Part shown: one piece after another, positions 1 to 8,226 of the stretch
How positions within the stretch are numbered: position 1 is the first letter of the stretch
Layout: every line of letters starts with the position of its first letter
DNA from: Xanthobacteraceae bacterium
GTDB lineage: Bacteria; Pseudomonadota; Alphaproteobacteria; Rhizobiales; Xanthobacteraceae
Length of the DNA stretch: 39,315 nucleotides
Reading direction: 5' to 3'
Assembly (NCBI GenBank): GCA_049679485.1
Contig: JBAUGC010000155.1
Coordinates: 1 to 39,315 of the forward strand
Notes under the pieces: generated by a model
Told to the model about the DNA's origin: nothing
The model's database searches: none
Seen by the model: the letters and a program-made list of their open reading frames with translations, nothing else
Program-made: the position numbers and the translations under genes

Positions 1-443
1 CGCCCACTTACGGCATGTTGACGCAGCAACTCGGCGGACATCTGCGCTTTCATAGCAGTGTGCCGCCGCGGCTCTCGGAATTCGCCATCCTGTGCACCGG
101 GCGATACTGGAAAGCGCAGTTTGAATGGCATGCGCACGCCAAGATCGCTGCCAAGCAGGGCGTGAAGGACGCAACCATCCGCGACTTGCACGCCGGCCGG
201 GCGCCGAAATCAGCGCCGCGCGACGAAATGGCGATCTACGCCTTCGTCAAGGAGCTTTATGGAGCCCGGCGCGTAAGCAACGCCACATACGCCCGCGTGC
301 AGAAATTGCTCGGCGATGCCGGCGTGGTCGAGCTCGTCGGCATTCTCGGTTATTACGTTTTGATCTCGATGACGCTTAACGTGTTTCGCATGCCGCTGCC
401 CGAAGGCACGCCGCTGCCATTCCACGAGCCGGCCGGCAAATAG
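1..443 (+). CDS. carboxymuconolactone decarboxylase (CMD/AhpD-like) family protein, N-terminus cut by the window edge
   Basis: ORF 15..443. The same frame stays open back to nt 3, so the true start is probably upstream. The core LSEFAILCTGRYWKAQFEWHAHAKIA resembles the CMD-family helix pattern. Recognised by eye, no HMM run. Confidence 0.6.
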   Translation, partial: PTYGMLTQQLGGHLRFHSSVPPRLSEFAILCTGRYWKAQFEWHAHAKIAAKQGVKDATIRDLHAGRAPKSAPRDEMAIYAFVKELYGARRVSNATYARVQKLLGDAGVVELVGILGYYVLISMTLNVFRMPLPEGTPLPFHEPAGK

Positions 444-446
444 AGA

Positions 447-1373
447 TCAGGCGACGCGGCCGGCGACTTTTGATGAGACGTGCATCGCGTCTCTGGGCGA
501 GACGCCGCGCGGCTTGTTCATGCGCTGGCGAAGGAGTTCGAGAAAGCGTTCCTTCGGCATCGGCGGCGCAATCAGCGGCCCTTGCCCGAAGTCACAACCC
601 ATGACCATCAAAGTCTGCAGGTCGGCGGAGCTTTCAACGCCCTCGGCGACCGCGGCACTACCAAAACGGTGCGCCAGATCGATGGCGGTCTGGCAGATGG
701 CGCCGTTCGCCGCATCGGTGGCGCAGCCGATCACGAAAGACTGGTCGATCTTGAGCTCGGCAAACGGCAGCGCCCGCAAGCTCGAGAACGATGAATAGCC
801 GGCGCCGAACTCGTCGAGCGCGATGGTGATGCCGCTCACTCGCAATTCGGTCGCGATCTCGTTGGCAAGCGCAGTGTCGCGAACGATCTGATCCTCAGTC
901 ACTTCGAGGATCAATCCGGGCCAGCGGTCGGTCTTGGGCCGATACTCGGCGACCAACTGCGGGATCGGCAGCTTGAGCAGAACGTTGACCGGCACATTGA
1001 TGGCGAGATGAAGATTAAAGCCGGCCTCGTCGAACATTGTCCAATCGAGGAGCGTCGCCAACACCGCCTGTTGGGCCAGTTCGGCAATACTGTTCTCATC
1101 GACTTCGGGAAGGAAATTGCCCGGCTGCAAGACGCCGAACTGCGGATGGTGAATACGGGCCAGCGCTTCCGCGCCGGCAAGGCATTTGCGCTTAAGATCA
1201 ATCTTGGGCTGATACCAGATCTCAAACCAATTGTTGCGGAGTGCTTCTGCAATTGCAATTCGCGGTCGCGCCGCCGCGTTCACGGAGTCGGTTTGCGATT
1301 GCTGCTCGTCATCGGCAAGGTTCGTGATCGGTCCGGACCAGCTGCGGATGTCCTTGGGATCGGAATCGTTCAT
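447..1373 (-). CDS. stand-alone EAL-domain protein (putative c-di-GMP phosphodiesterase)
   Basis: ATG ORF of 308 aa. EAL signature residues are visible: GAEALAR, NVPVN, ILEVTE, DEFGAGYSS, KIDQSFV, AEGVES, GCDFGQG. Only about 45 aa precede the domain, with no GGDEF or sensor domain. Confidence 0.85.
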   Translation of the reverse strand: MNDSDPKDIRSWSGPITNLADDEQQSQTDSVNAAARPRIAIAEALRNNWFEIWYQPKIDLKRKCLAGAEALARIHHPQFGVLQPGNFLPEVDENSIAELAQQAVLATLLDWTMFDEAGFNLHLAINVPVNVLLKLPIPQLVAEYRPKTDRWPGLILEVTEDQIVRDTALANEIATELRVSGITIALDEFGAGYSSFSSLRALPFAELKIDQSFVIGCATDAANGAICQTAIDLAHRFGSAAVAEGVESSADLQTLMVMGCDFGQGPLIAPPMPKERFLELLRQRMNKPRGVSPRDAMHVSSKVAGRVA

Positions 1374-1528
1374 GCTCGCAGACCGGTGCGCGGTACCATC
1401 GCGCAGGTATACTTCGACGAGTATTAACCAATGGTAAGGCGCTTAGATATCAAACGACCCACTCACGGGCGCTGAAGCGCCATTTACAGTGTTGGCCGCG
1501 CGTTCGCTGTGGTCGGCACGCGCGCAAA

Positions 1529-2089
1529 TCAGTGCTTGTCCATGTGCATCATGCCGCCGTGGCCGCTGTCCATCATCATGGTGCCGCCGCCAGCAGCGAC
1601 GCCGGGCGCGGGGGCCCCGATGGCTGCGATCGGGAGTTCGACCTCGACCGTGCCAGCCTTCTCAAATTTGAGCGTCAGTTCGACCATCTTGCCAGGTTCC
1701 AGCGGGTGTTTGAGGTTGACCAGCATAACATGCAGGCCCGCAGGCTTGAGCGTGACGGTTCCGCCCGGAGGAATTTCGAGGCCGCCCTCCACCGGTCGCA
1801 TTTTCATCACGCCACCTTCCAGGCTCATAGTGTGGATTTGGCATTGCGCGGCCGCGTCGCTTGAAACGCAGGTCAGGCGGTCAGGCGTCGTGCCGCTATT
1901 GGTGATCGTCAGGTAGCCGGCGGCCGAACTTGCGCCCTTCGGCGTTGCACGCGCCCAAGGTTGGGCGATGTGCATCGGACCTACATCGTAATCGGCGGCG
2001 CGAGCCGTCGGTGATGCAAGTTGCGCCGCTGCAAGCGCGCAGAATCCGGCTAGACCGCCGCAGATATATTTCCGAGTGAGTTGAGACAT
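1529..2089 (-). CDS. periplasmic copper chaperone PCu(A)C (DUF461) with a Met/His-rich C-terminal tail
   Basis: ORF 1529..2179, trimmed to ATG 2089 (GGGAG upstream). This gives the signal peptide [26 protein letters not shown]-x10-M ([13 protein letters not shown]) followed by HVM resembles the PCuAC Cu(I) ligand arrangement. The tail is [20 protein letters not shown]. Confidence 0.8.
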   Translation of the reverse strand: MSQLTRKYICGGLAGFCALAAAQLASPTARAADYDVGPMHIAQPWARATPKGASSAAGYLTITNSGTTPDRLTCVSSDAAAQCQIHTMSLEGGVMKMRPVEGGLEIPPGGTVTLKPAGLHVMLVNLKHPLEPGKMVELTLKFEKAGTVEVELPIAAIGAPAPGVAAGGGTMMMDSGHGGMMHMDKH

Positions 2090-2202
2090 AGAATTGCTCC
2101 CGTATCGCGACCGATCCGCGCCCTCACTTGAGGATTTTAGGCCGGATAGCAACTGGCCGGAATGTGGCAAAGACGGCAAAAAATGCGCGCCCCGACAAGA
2201 CG

Positions 2203-2231
2203 TTGAACTTGGCGGTATCCTTCGCTATACG
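2203..2231 (+). promoter_or_regulatory. candidate sigma70-type promoter for acpXL
   Basis: TTGAAC (2203-2208), 17-nt spacer, TATACG (2226-2231), about 50 nt upstream of the acpXL ATG. It lies in the divergent region shared with the PCuAC gene. Pattern match only. Confidence 0.2.
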
Positions 2232-2279
2232 GGCAGCAACGACCGGAGGGGCCCGCAGCGATCGGGCTTGAGATGCCCG

Positions 2280-2561
2280 ATGTCTGCCACTTTCGATAAA
2301 GTCGCTGATATTATTGCGGAAACTTGCGACATTCCGCGTGAGAATATTAAGCCGGAAAGCCATGCCATCAATGACCTCGAAATCGACAGTCTCGATTTCC
2401 TGGATATTGCCTTTGCCATCGACAAAACCTTCGGCATCAAGCTTCCGCTCGAGCAGTGGACCCAAGAGGTCAACGACGGCAAGGCGACGACGGACCAGTA
2501 CTTCGTGCTCAATAACTTAAGTGGCGAAATCGACAAGCTGATTGCGGCGAAGGGCGCCTGA
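2280..2561 (+). CDS. acpXL: specialised acyl carrier protein AcpXL (very-long-chain fatty acid for lipid A)
   Basis: Trimmed from ORF 2094..2561 to ATG 2280 (93 aa). The phosphopantetheine site is [13 protein letters not shown]. It is the first gene of the conserved acpXL-lpxXL gene order. Confidence 0.9.
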   Translation: MSATFDKVADIIAETCDIPRENIKPESHAINDLEIDSLDFLDIAFAIDKTFGIKLPLEQWTQEVNDGKATTDQYFVLNNLSGEIDKLIAAKGA

Positions 2562-2571
2562 GGCGCCTCGC

Positions 2572-3042
2572 ATGCGCTTCGAATACTTCCAGATGATCGA
2601 TCGCATGGTCGCGCTCGACGTTGCCGGGCGCACCGTTCGATCGATCTGCACCGTGCCGAAGACCTCCACCGTTTTCGAAGGGCATTTTCCAAATTATCCG
2701 CTGATGCCGGGCGCGCTCCTCCTCGAATGCATGGCGCAGACTACCGGCTGGCTATTGATCGCGGTCGGCGGCTTTAACTCCATGCCATTCATGGCCGGCG
2801 TCAAGGAGGCAAAATTCCGCACCGCCGTATTTCCCGGGGACCAGCTCGAAGTCGAGGGCCGCGTAGTGCACGAGGGCTCGGGCTACGCTGTCGGCGAGGG
2901 CAAAGGCCGGCGGAACGGAAAGGTCGTCTGCGAGGCGCGGATCATCTACACCATCATGCCGTTTCCGAGCCCGGAATTCCGTACTGCGCTGTTCGAATGG
3001 GCGGAGCGCATCGACGTACCGGTCAAGGAACTCACCAAGTGA
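2572..3042 (+). CDS. fabZXL: FabZ-like 3-hydroxyacyl-ACP dehydratase (FabZXL)
   Basis: Start ATG 2572, 10 nt after the acpXL stop. The hot-dog fold motif FEGHFPNYPLMPGALLLECMAQ is typical of FabZ/FabA. Position in the cluster agrees. Confidence 0.85.
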   Translation: MRFEYFQMIDRMVALDVAGRTVRSICTVPKTSTVFEGHFPNYPLMPGALLLECMAQTTGWLLIAVGGFNSMPFMAGVKEAKFRTAVFPGDQLEVEGRVVHEGSGYAVGEGKGRRNGKVVCEARIIYTIMPFPSPEFRTALFEWAERIDVPVKELTK

Positions 3043-4226
3043 GCGGACGCCGCGAGGTGTGGATCACTGGCGTCGGTCTGCTTACGTGCCTTGGCGAGGG
3101 GCTCGAGGCAACATGGCAACATCTCGAGCGCGGCGATCCGCCGCCTTACGACGACAAAAGCTTTGCGCCCTACATCGTGCATCCGCTGGCGCCGGTGAAT
3201 TTTGACAAACAAATTCCGAAAAAGAGTGATCAGCGGCAGATGGAGCCGTGGCAGCGCATCGGCGTCTATGCCGCAGGGCTGGCGCTAAGCGACGCCGGCA
3301 TTGCCGGCAAGCCTGAACTGCTCGAAACCACTGACATGATCGTCGCTGCCAGCGGCGGCGAGCGCGACATTGCCGCCGACTCGACCATCCTTACCGGCAT
3401 GCGCAAGATGACCGAGCGCGGCGCGTTCCTCAACGAACGGCTGATGAGCGATCTGCGTCCGACCTTGTTCCTGGCACAGCTGCCCAACCTGCTAGCCGGC
3501 AATATCTCGATCGTGCACGGCGTCGTCGGTTCCTCGCGCACGTTGCTGGGCGAAGAAGCGGCCGGCGTCGATGCGGTGCGCATCGCGCACGCGCGCATTG
3601 CATCTGGACAGAGCGAATTGACGCTGGTGGGCGGCGCGTACAATGCCACCCGCTGGGACATCCTCCTCATCTTCGAAGAGGCGGGATCAGCCCTTAAGGA
3701 CGAGTTCGCGCCGGTCTGGGATCGCGGCCCGCAAGGCGGCCTCGCCGTCGGCAACATGGGCGCTTTCCTCGTGCTCGAAAGCCGCGAGCACGCGCAAGCG
3801 CGCGGCGCGCGGCCGCGGGCGCGGATTTCCGCGATCTATTCCGACCGTAACCACCGCAAGAGCGGAGACATCGAGGCAACGCTCCGTGGCCAGTGGAACG
3901 CGATCGAAGCCGAGGTCGACCGCGAACATGCCGGAATCATCGCCGGGGCAGCGGGACTTGAACCCGCCACCTCGGCCGAGCGGAATGTGCTCCGGGAGAT
4001 AGGCCTTCCCGTACGCAATACCGGGACGTATATCGGTCATGGGCTCGAAGCGCAGTTCGAGGCCAATTTGGGAATCGCCTGCGCGGTGCTGGAACATGGC
4101 AAACTGTTCGCGCCCGCGGGCACGGGAGATACGGGATCGAGCCCGCCCGGCATTTCTCAGGTGATTGTTACGTCCGTCGGCAACTGGCGCGGCGAAGGTA
4201 CGGCGCTGGTCGAACGGGTCGGTTGA
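3039..4226 (+). CDS. fabF2XL: beta-ketoacyl-ACP synthase-like protein lacking the catalytic triad (FabF2XL)
   Basis: GTG 3039 overlaps the fabZXL stop (GTGA). The N-terminus VSGRREVWITGVGLLT parallels FabF MSKRRVVVTGLG. Thiolase-fold similarity runs throughout, but the nucleophile position reads LGEEAAG instead of ACxSG. Confidence 0.8.
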   Translation: MSGRREVWITGVGLLTCLGEGLEATWQHLERGDPPPYDDKSFAPYIVHPLAPVNFDKQIPKKSDQRQMEPWQRIGVYAAGLALSDAGIAGKPELLETTDMIVAASGGERDIAADSTILTGMRKMTERGAFLNERLMSDLRPTLFLAQLPNLLAGNISIVHGVVGSSRTLLGEEAAGVDAVRIAHARIASGQSELTLVGGAYNATRWDILLIFEEAGSALKDEFAPVWDRGPQGGLAVGNMGAFLVLESREHAQARGARPRARISAIYSDRNHRKSGDIEATLRGQWNAIEAEVDREHAGIIAGAAGLEPATSAERNVLREIGLPVRNTGTYIGHGLEAQFEANLGIACAVLEHGKLFAPAGTGDTGSSPPGISQVIVTSVGNWRGEGTALVERVG

Positions 4227-4236
4227 GGGAGAATTC

Positions 4237-5514
4237 ATGGCCGCGACGAGCCGCGACAAGCTGGATCGCCCGATCGTTGCCGTCACCGGGATCGGCGTGG
4301 TCACCTCGCTTGGCGTCGGCAAGTCGGAGAATTGGGCGAAATTGACCGGCGGCGTCTCCGGCGTAAAGCGAATTTCGCGCTTTCCGACCGAAGGCCTGCG
4401 CACGACGATCGCCGGCGCCGTCAACGAGGTGTATCGAGAATCGATGTCGCCGGCGGAGCTTTCCGAGCGCATCGCCATGCTGGCCGCCGAAGAGGCCATT
4501 GCCGAGGCAGGCATCGGCAGCAAAGGCCGCTTTCCCGGACCGCTTTATCTCGCGCCGCCGCCGCTCGAAATCGAATGGCCGGACCGGATCAAGATGGCGG
4601 AGATGGCCGCCCCCAACGCCGATACCGGCTATCCCGACCTGATGCGGGTCGCCAAGGAGTTTGCGGCCGAACGTGGCGCGTTCAAATTCGGCATCATCGG
4701 CGAACATCTGGCCGAGCACTTTGGCACCGAGGGCTCGCCCGTTTCGCTCAACACCGCCTGCGCCTCCGGCGCCAGCGCCATCCAACTCGGGATGGAGGCG
4801 ATCCGGCGCGGCGATTGCGAAGCAGCTCTAGCGATCGGGGCCGATGCTTCGCTGACGCCGGAATCGCTAGTGCGCTTCTCGCTGCTATCGGCGCTATCGA
4901 CCCAAAACGATCCGCCGGAGCGCGCCTCAAAGCCGTTCTCCAAGAACCGCGACGGTTTCGTTCTCGCGGAGGGCGCCGCTGCTTTGGTGCTCGAAAATTT
5001 CGATCATGCACGTGCCCGCGGCGCCCGGGTACTCGGCATCCTTGAAGGCGTCGGGGAAAAGTCCGACTCGTTCCACCGCACCCGCTCAAGCCCCGACGGC
5101 AAGCCGATCATCGCCTGCGTGCGCAATGCACTCGCCGATGCCGGCGTCGGACCGGAAGACATCGACTACATTAATGCCCACGGCACTTCGACGCCGGAGA
5201 ACGACAAGATGGAGCATCTTGGCGTTTCCACCGTATTTGGCGAACGCATCCGCGGTATTCCGATTTCATCCAACAAATCGATGATCGGTCATACGCTAAC
5301 CGCCGCCGGCGTCGTCGAGGCGGCGTTCACCTTCCTCACGCTGCAAAACCAGCGCCTGCCGCCGACCATCAATCATCAAATTCCAGATCCGGCGATAGCG
5401 CTTGATGTCGTACCTAATGTTGCGCGCGACGCGAAAGTTCATCGCGCTATTTCCAATTCGTTCGGCTTCGGCGGCCAGAATGTCTGCCTGGTCATGGCTC
5501 TGGAACCCGCGTGA
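4237..5514 (+). CDS. fabF1XL: beta-ketoacyl-ACP synthase II (FabF1XL)
   Basis: ATG 4237 preceded by GAGGGAGA. Intact KAS II motifs: NTACASGAS (Cys), INAHGTSTP (His), SNKSMIGHT (Lys/His), NSFGFGGQN. Confidence 0.9.
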   Translation: MAATSRDKLDRPIVAVTGIGVVTSLGVGKSENWAKLTGGVSGVKRISRFPTEGLRTTIAGAVNEVYRESMSPAELSERIAMLAAEEAIAEAGIGSKGRFPGPLYLAPPPLEIEWPDRIKMAEMAAPNADTGYPDLMRVAKEFAAERGAFKFGIIGEHLAEHFGTEGSPVSLNTACASGASAIQLGMEAIRRGDCEAALAIGADASLTPESLVRFSLLSALSTQNDPPERASKPFSKNRDGFVLAEGAAALVLENFDHARARGARVLGILEGVGEKSDSFHRTRSSPDGKPIIACVRNALADAGVGPEDIDYINAHGTSTPENDKMEHLGVSTVFGERIRGIPISSNKSMIGHTLTAAGVVEAAFTFLTLQNQRLPPTINHQIPDPAIALDVVPNVARDAKVHRAISNSFGFGGQNVCLVMALEPA

Positions 5515-5576
5515 GCCTCGCTACCGGCACTGCTGGCGATGAGCGCCGCGCCCCTGCCCTAGACACCGGGGAGACC

Positions 5577-6599
5577 ATGCGCGCACTTATGCTGGTTGGT
5601 GATCGCAAACTCGAACTTCGCGAGGTTGCCGCACCGCCGCCGCCCGCAGCAGGCGAAGTACAAATCGGCATCAAAGCGATCGGGCTTAATCACATCGACG
5701 TCTGGGGCTGGCGCGGCATGGCGTTCGCCAAGCGCAAACTGCCGCTCGTCGTCGGCGCCGAGGCCGCGGGTGAAATCCGCGCCGTCGGGCCTGATATGAC
5801 CGGCATCAAAGTCGGCGATCGCGTCGTCGCCTATGGCGGGTTGACATGCGGAAAATGCAATGCCTGCCGCGAAGGCCGCGACAATCTCTGCGAAAACGTC
5901 GCCGGCATTATGGGCTTTCACGTCGACGGCTTTGCCCGTGATCTGGTCAACATGCCGGCACGCCTTGTCATCCCGGTTCCTGCGGGCGTGAGCTTTCGCG
6001 ATTCCGCCTGTGCGCCGATAGCTTTCTCGACCGTGCAGCACATGCTGTTCGACAACGCCAAGCTCGAATCGGGCGAGACCATTTTGGTGCAAGCCGGCGG
6101 CTCGGGCATCGGCACTACCGCAATAAAGATGGCAAAGGCAATCGGCTGTACCGTCATCACCACGGTCGGCGACGACGAAAAGGCGGTAAAGGCCAAGGCG
6201 CTCGGCGCCGACCACGTCATCAACTACAAGACCGACCGCTTTGAAACCATCGTGCGCAAACTCACGGCCAAGAAAGGCGTCGACGTTGCCTTCGAGCACG
6301 TCGGCCCCGACACTTTCAATGGCTCGCTCCTTTGCCTTAAGCGCGGCGGTCGGCTCGTCACCTGCGGATCGACCTCCGGTCAGACGACGACGATCAACTT
6401 GTTTCAGCTCTTCCAGCAGCAATATCGCATCTTCGGCTCGTTCGGCGCCTCCATACGCAACGTCCGCGATAGCCTCGCCAAGATGGCCGCGGGCCTTCTC
6501 CCCGTGATCGACACCGAAGTCGCGCTCGCCGACTTCGAGCGCGGCCTGGCGCGGCTCGAGAGCCGACAGGTTTTCGGCAAGATCATCGTTACGTTCTAA
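5577..6599 (+). CDS. adhA2XL: zinc-type alcohol dehydrogenase/quinone oxidoreductase family protein (AdhA2XL)
   Basis: ATG 5577 (GGGGAG upstream) gives MRALMLVGDRKLEL, a typical MDR N-terminus. CGKCNACREG is the structural-Zn motif and VQAGGSGIGT is the Rossmann motif. An alternative GTG 5511 overlapping the fabF1XL stop cannot be excluded. Confidence 0.8.
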   Translation: MRALMLVGDRKLELREVAAPPPPAAGEVQIGIKAIGLNHIDVWGWRGMAFAKRKLPLVVGAEAAGEIRAVGPDMTGIKVGDRVVAYGGLTCGKCNACREGRDNLCENVAGIMGFHVDGFARDLVNMPARLVIPVPAGVSFRDSACAPIAFSTVQHMLFDNAKLESGETILVQAGGSGIGTTAIKMAKAIGCTVITTVGDDEKAVKAKALGADHVINYKTDRFETIVRKLTAKKGVDVAFEHVGPDTFNGSLLCLKRGGRLVTCGSTSGQTTTINLFQLFQQQYRIFGSFGASIRNVRDSLAKMAAGLLPVIDTEVALADFERGLARLESRQVFGKIIVTF

Positions 6600-6610
6600 C
6601 ACGACCCCCG

Positions 6611-7513
6611 ATGGCGAAGCCGCGTTCGAAGCTTCTCGATGGGACCATCGGTGCGATCACGATCGCGCTTTTGAGCGCAATCAAGCGGATGGATCGCAGG
6701 CGCACCGCGAACGTCGCCGGCGGGCTCATGCGTACGATCGGCGCACTGCTGCCGGAAAATCGCATCGGCCGCGAAAATCTGCGTTCCGCGTTTCCCGATA
6801 AATCCGACGCAGCGATCGAAAAAATACTCACCGGCGTGTGGGACAATCTCGGACGCATTGCCGTCGAGTTCGCGCACCTCGACGAATTCTGCATCGAAGG
6901 TGTCGGACCGCAAACGCCCGACGTCATCACCTATGCGCCCGAAACGACTGAGCACTACCGGCGCATGCTGGAGCGGGGCGAGCCAATGCTCGGGTTTGCC
7001 GCCCACCTGGCCAATTGGGAACTGCCGGCGGTGGTCGCCAAATTGCTCGTGCCACACTCCGCGGTGCTTTATCGGCGGCCGAACATTCGCCCAATCAGCG
7101 ACGTCATCGTCAGGTTGCGGGCGCCACTGATGGGGGGACTCGTCGCCACCGGACTGGAGGCCCCGATCAAGCTGGCGCGGCTATTGGAATCTGGAACACA
7201 TGTCGGAATGCTGGTCGACCAGCATTTCAGCAAAGGTGTCGACGTGATGTTTTTCGGCCGCCGCTGCCGGGCCAATCCGCTAATCGCGATGATCGCCCGG
7301 CAGACGGAGTGTCCGATTCACGGACTGCGCGTGATCCGTAAATCCGATGGCAATAGCTTTTCAGTTGAGATCACCGATCCAATAGAGCCGGTGCGCGACG
7401 CCGACGGCCGCATCGACATCAAGGGCACCATGCAGACGATCACTTCAGTGGTCGAAGGCTGGGTGCGGGAGCATCCCGAGCAGTGGCTCTGGTTGCATCG
7501 CAGATGGCGATAA
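6611..7513 (+). CDS. lpxXL: lipid A very-long-chain acyltransferase (LpxL/HtrB family, LpxXL)
   Basis: 300-aa ORF. It shows HtrB/MsbB-type features (FAAHLANWE = H-x4-E, C-terminal EHPEQWLWLHRRW). It is the last gene of the acpXL cluster. Confidence 0.85.
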   Translation: MAKPRSKLLDGTIGAITIALLSAIKRMDRRRTANVAGGLMRTIGALLPENRIGRENLRSAFPDKSDAAIEKILTGVWDNLGRIAVEFAHLDEFCIEGVGPQTPDVITYAPETTEHYRRMLERGEPMLGFAAHLANWELPAVVAKLLVPHSAVLYRRPNIRPISDVIVRLRAPLMGGLVATGLEAPIKLARLLESGTHVGMLVDQHFSKGVDVMFFGRRCRANPLIAMIARQTECPIHGLRVIRKSDGNSFSVEITDPIEPVRDADGRIDIKGTMQTITSVVEGWVREHPEQWLWLHRRWR

Positions 7514-7733
7514 TCGAACTCAGATGGCGACCTTTTGGATTGCGTTCATCAGCGCGTCCTTCTTGTGCTTCTTGCAGCAATTGCTGGCCCGCTTGCTGCC
7601 GTGCCGTTCCGCATGGTTGATCCTCCCGGCTCGGCCTTAGATTATTGTGGTTTTTGACACCGCGATTTGGCGTAGGCTAGCAGCTTCGTGCTAGAAGGGA
7701 ATAGTGACAAGTCAAATAGGCCGGGAGGCGATA

Positions 7734-8180
7734 ATGGTTCATCTCGTTCGTGCAATGAAATTTGGTGCGGCTCTTCTGCTCGCGGCGGTGATGCTGTCGG
7801 GCGTTTCGACGGCATCGTCGGCGCAAACAACCGGCATCGTTCACCTGCGGATAGTCAAGGCCGGTTTCATCCTCGGCGCTGGCGGCGGCCAAGGAACCGT
7901 TACCTTCCACGGCGCGACGCACCGGTTGAAAATTGGCGGCATTGGCATCGGCACCATCGGTATCGCCGAAGCGCGCCTGGTCGGTGTCGCGTATCACATG
8001 TATCACGTCACGGATATCGCCGGCACTTACAATGCAGTGGGCGCGAGTGTGGCTGTCGTTGGCGGCCCGAAAGTTGCGCGGTTGCAGAATAGCAAGGGCG
8101 TCATCCTCGAACTGCGAGGCCAGCAACTCGGCTTCGAGGCCACTCTCGGCCTGGGCGGAATGACCATAAGCTTGCAGTAG
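7734..8180 (+). CDS. secreted glycine-rich beta-type protein of unknown function (DUF992/SYLF-like by eye)
   Basis: ATG 7734 sits 5 nt after GGGAGG (7723-7728). Signal peptide MVHLVRAMKFGAALLLAAVMLSGVSTASSA. The mature part has repeated G-x-G beta-strand-like motifs (VKAGFILGAGGGQGTV, IGGIGIGTIGIA, VGASVAVVGGP). Confidence 0.6.
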   Translation: MVHLVRAMKFGAALLLAAVMLSGVSTASSAQTTGIVHLRIVKAGFILGAGGGQGTVTFHGATHRLKIGGIGIGTIGIAEARLVGVAYHMYHVTDIAGTYNAVGASVAVVGGPKVARLQNSKGVILELRGQQLGFEATLGLGGMTISLQ

Positions 8181-8226
8181 CGCCGCAGCGTCAAGCCAGC
8201 CGTTGTCGAAGGTTCGGCTGCTGTTA

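Noticed and set aside
2094-2279. Long N-terminal extensions suggested by maximal ORFs: 2094 for acpXL, 2997 for fabF2XL, 4165 for fabF1XL, 11891 for the permease, 29379 for mmsA, 32256 for omp19, and 32447..33070 spanning omp19 and the GST.
   Set aside because: The extensions overlap upstream genes or non-coding DNA, lack family similarity, and internal starts have SD sites and canonical N-termini.
5559-6602. 347-aa ORF antisense to the whole adhA2XL gene. Similar long antisense or off-frame ORFs occur at 3687..4523, 13405..14334, 16296..17024, 20004..20660, 26030..26695 and 37601..38260.
   Set aside because: The products are Arg/Ala/Gly-rich and low in complexity, with no motifs. The opposite-strand genes have clear family signatures. 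Long shadow ORFs are expected in GC-rich DNA.
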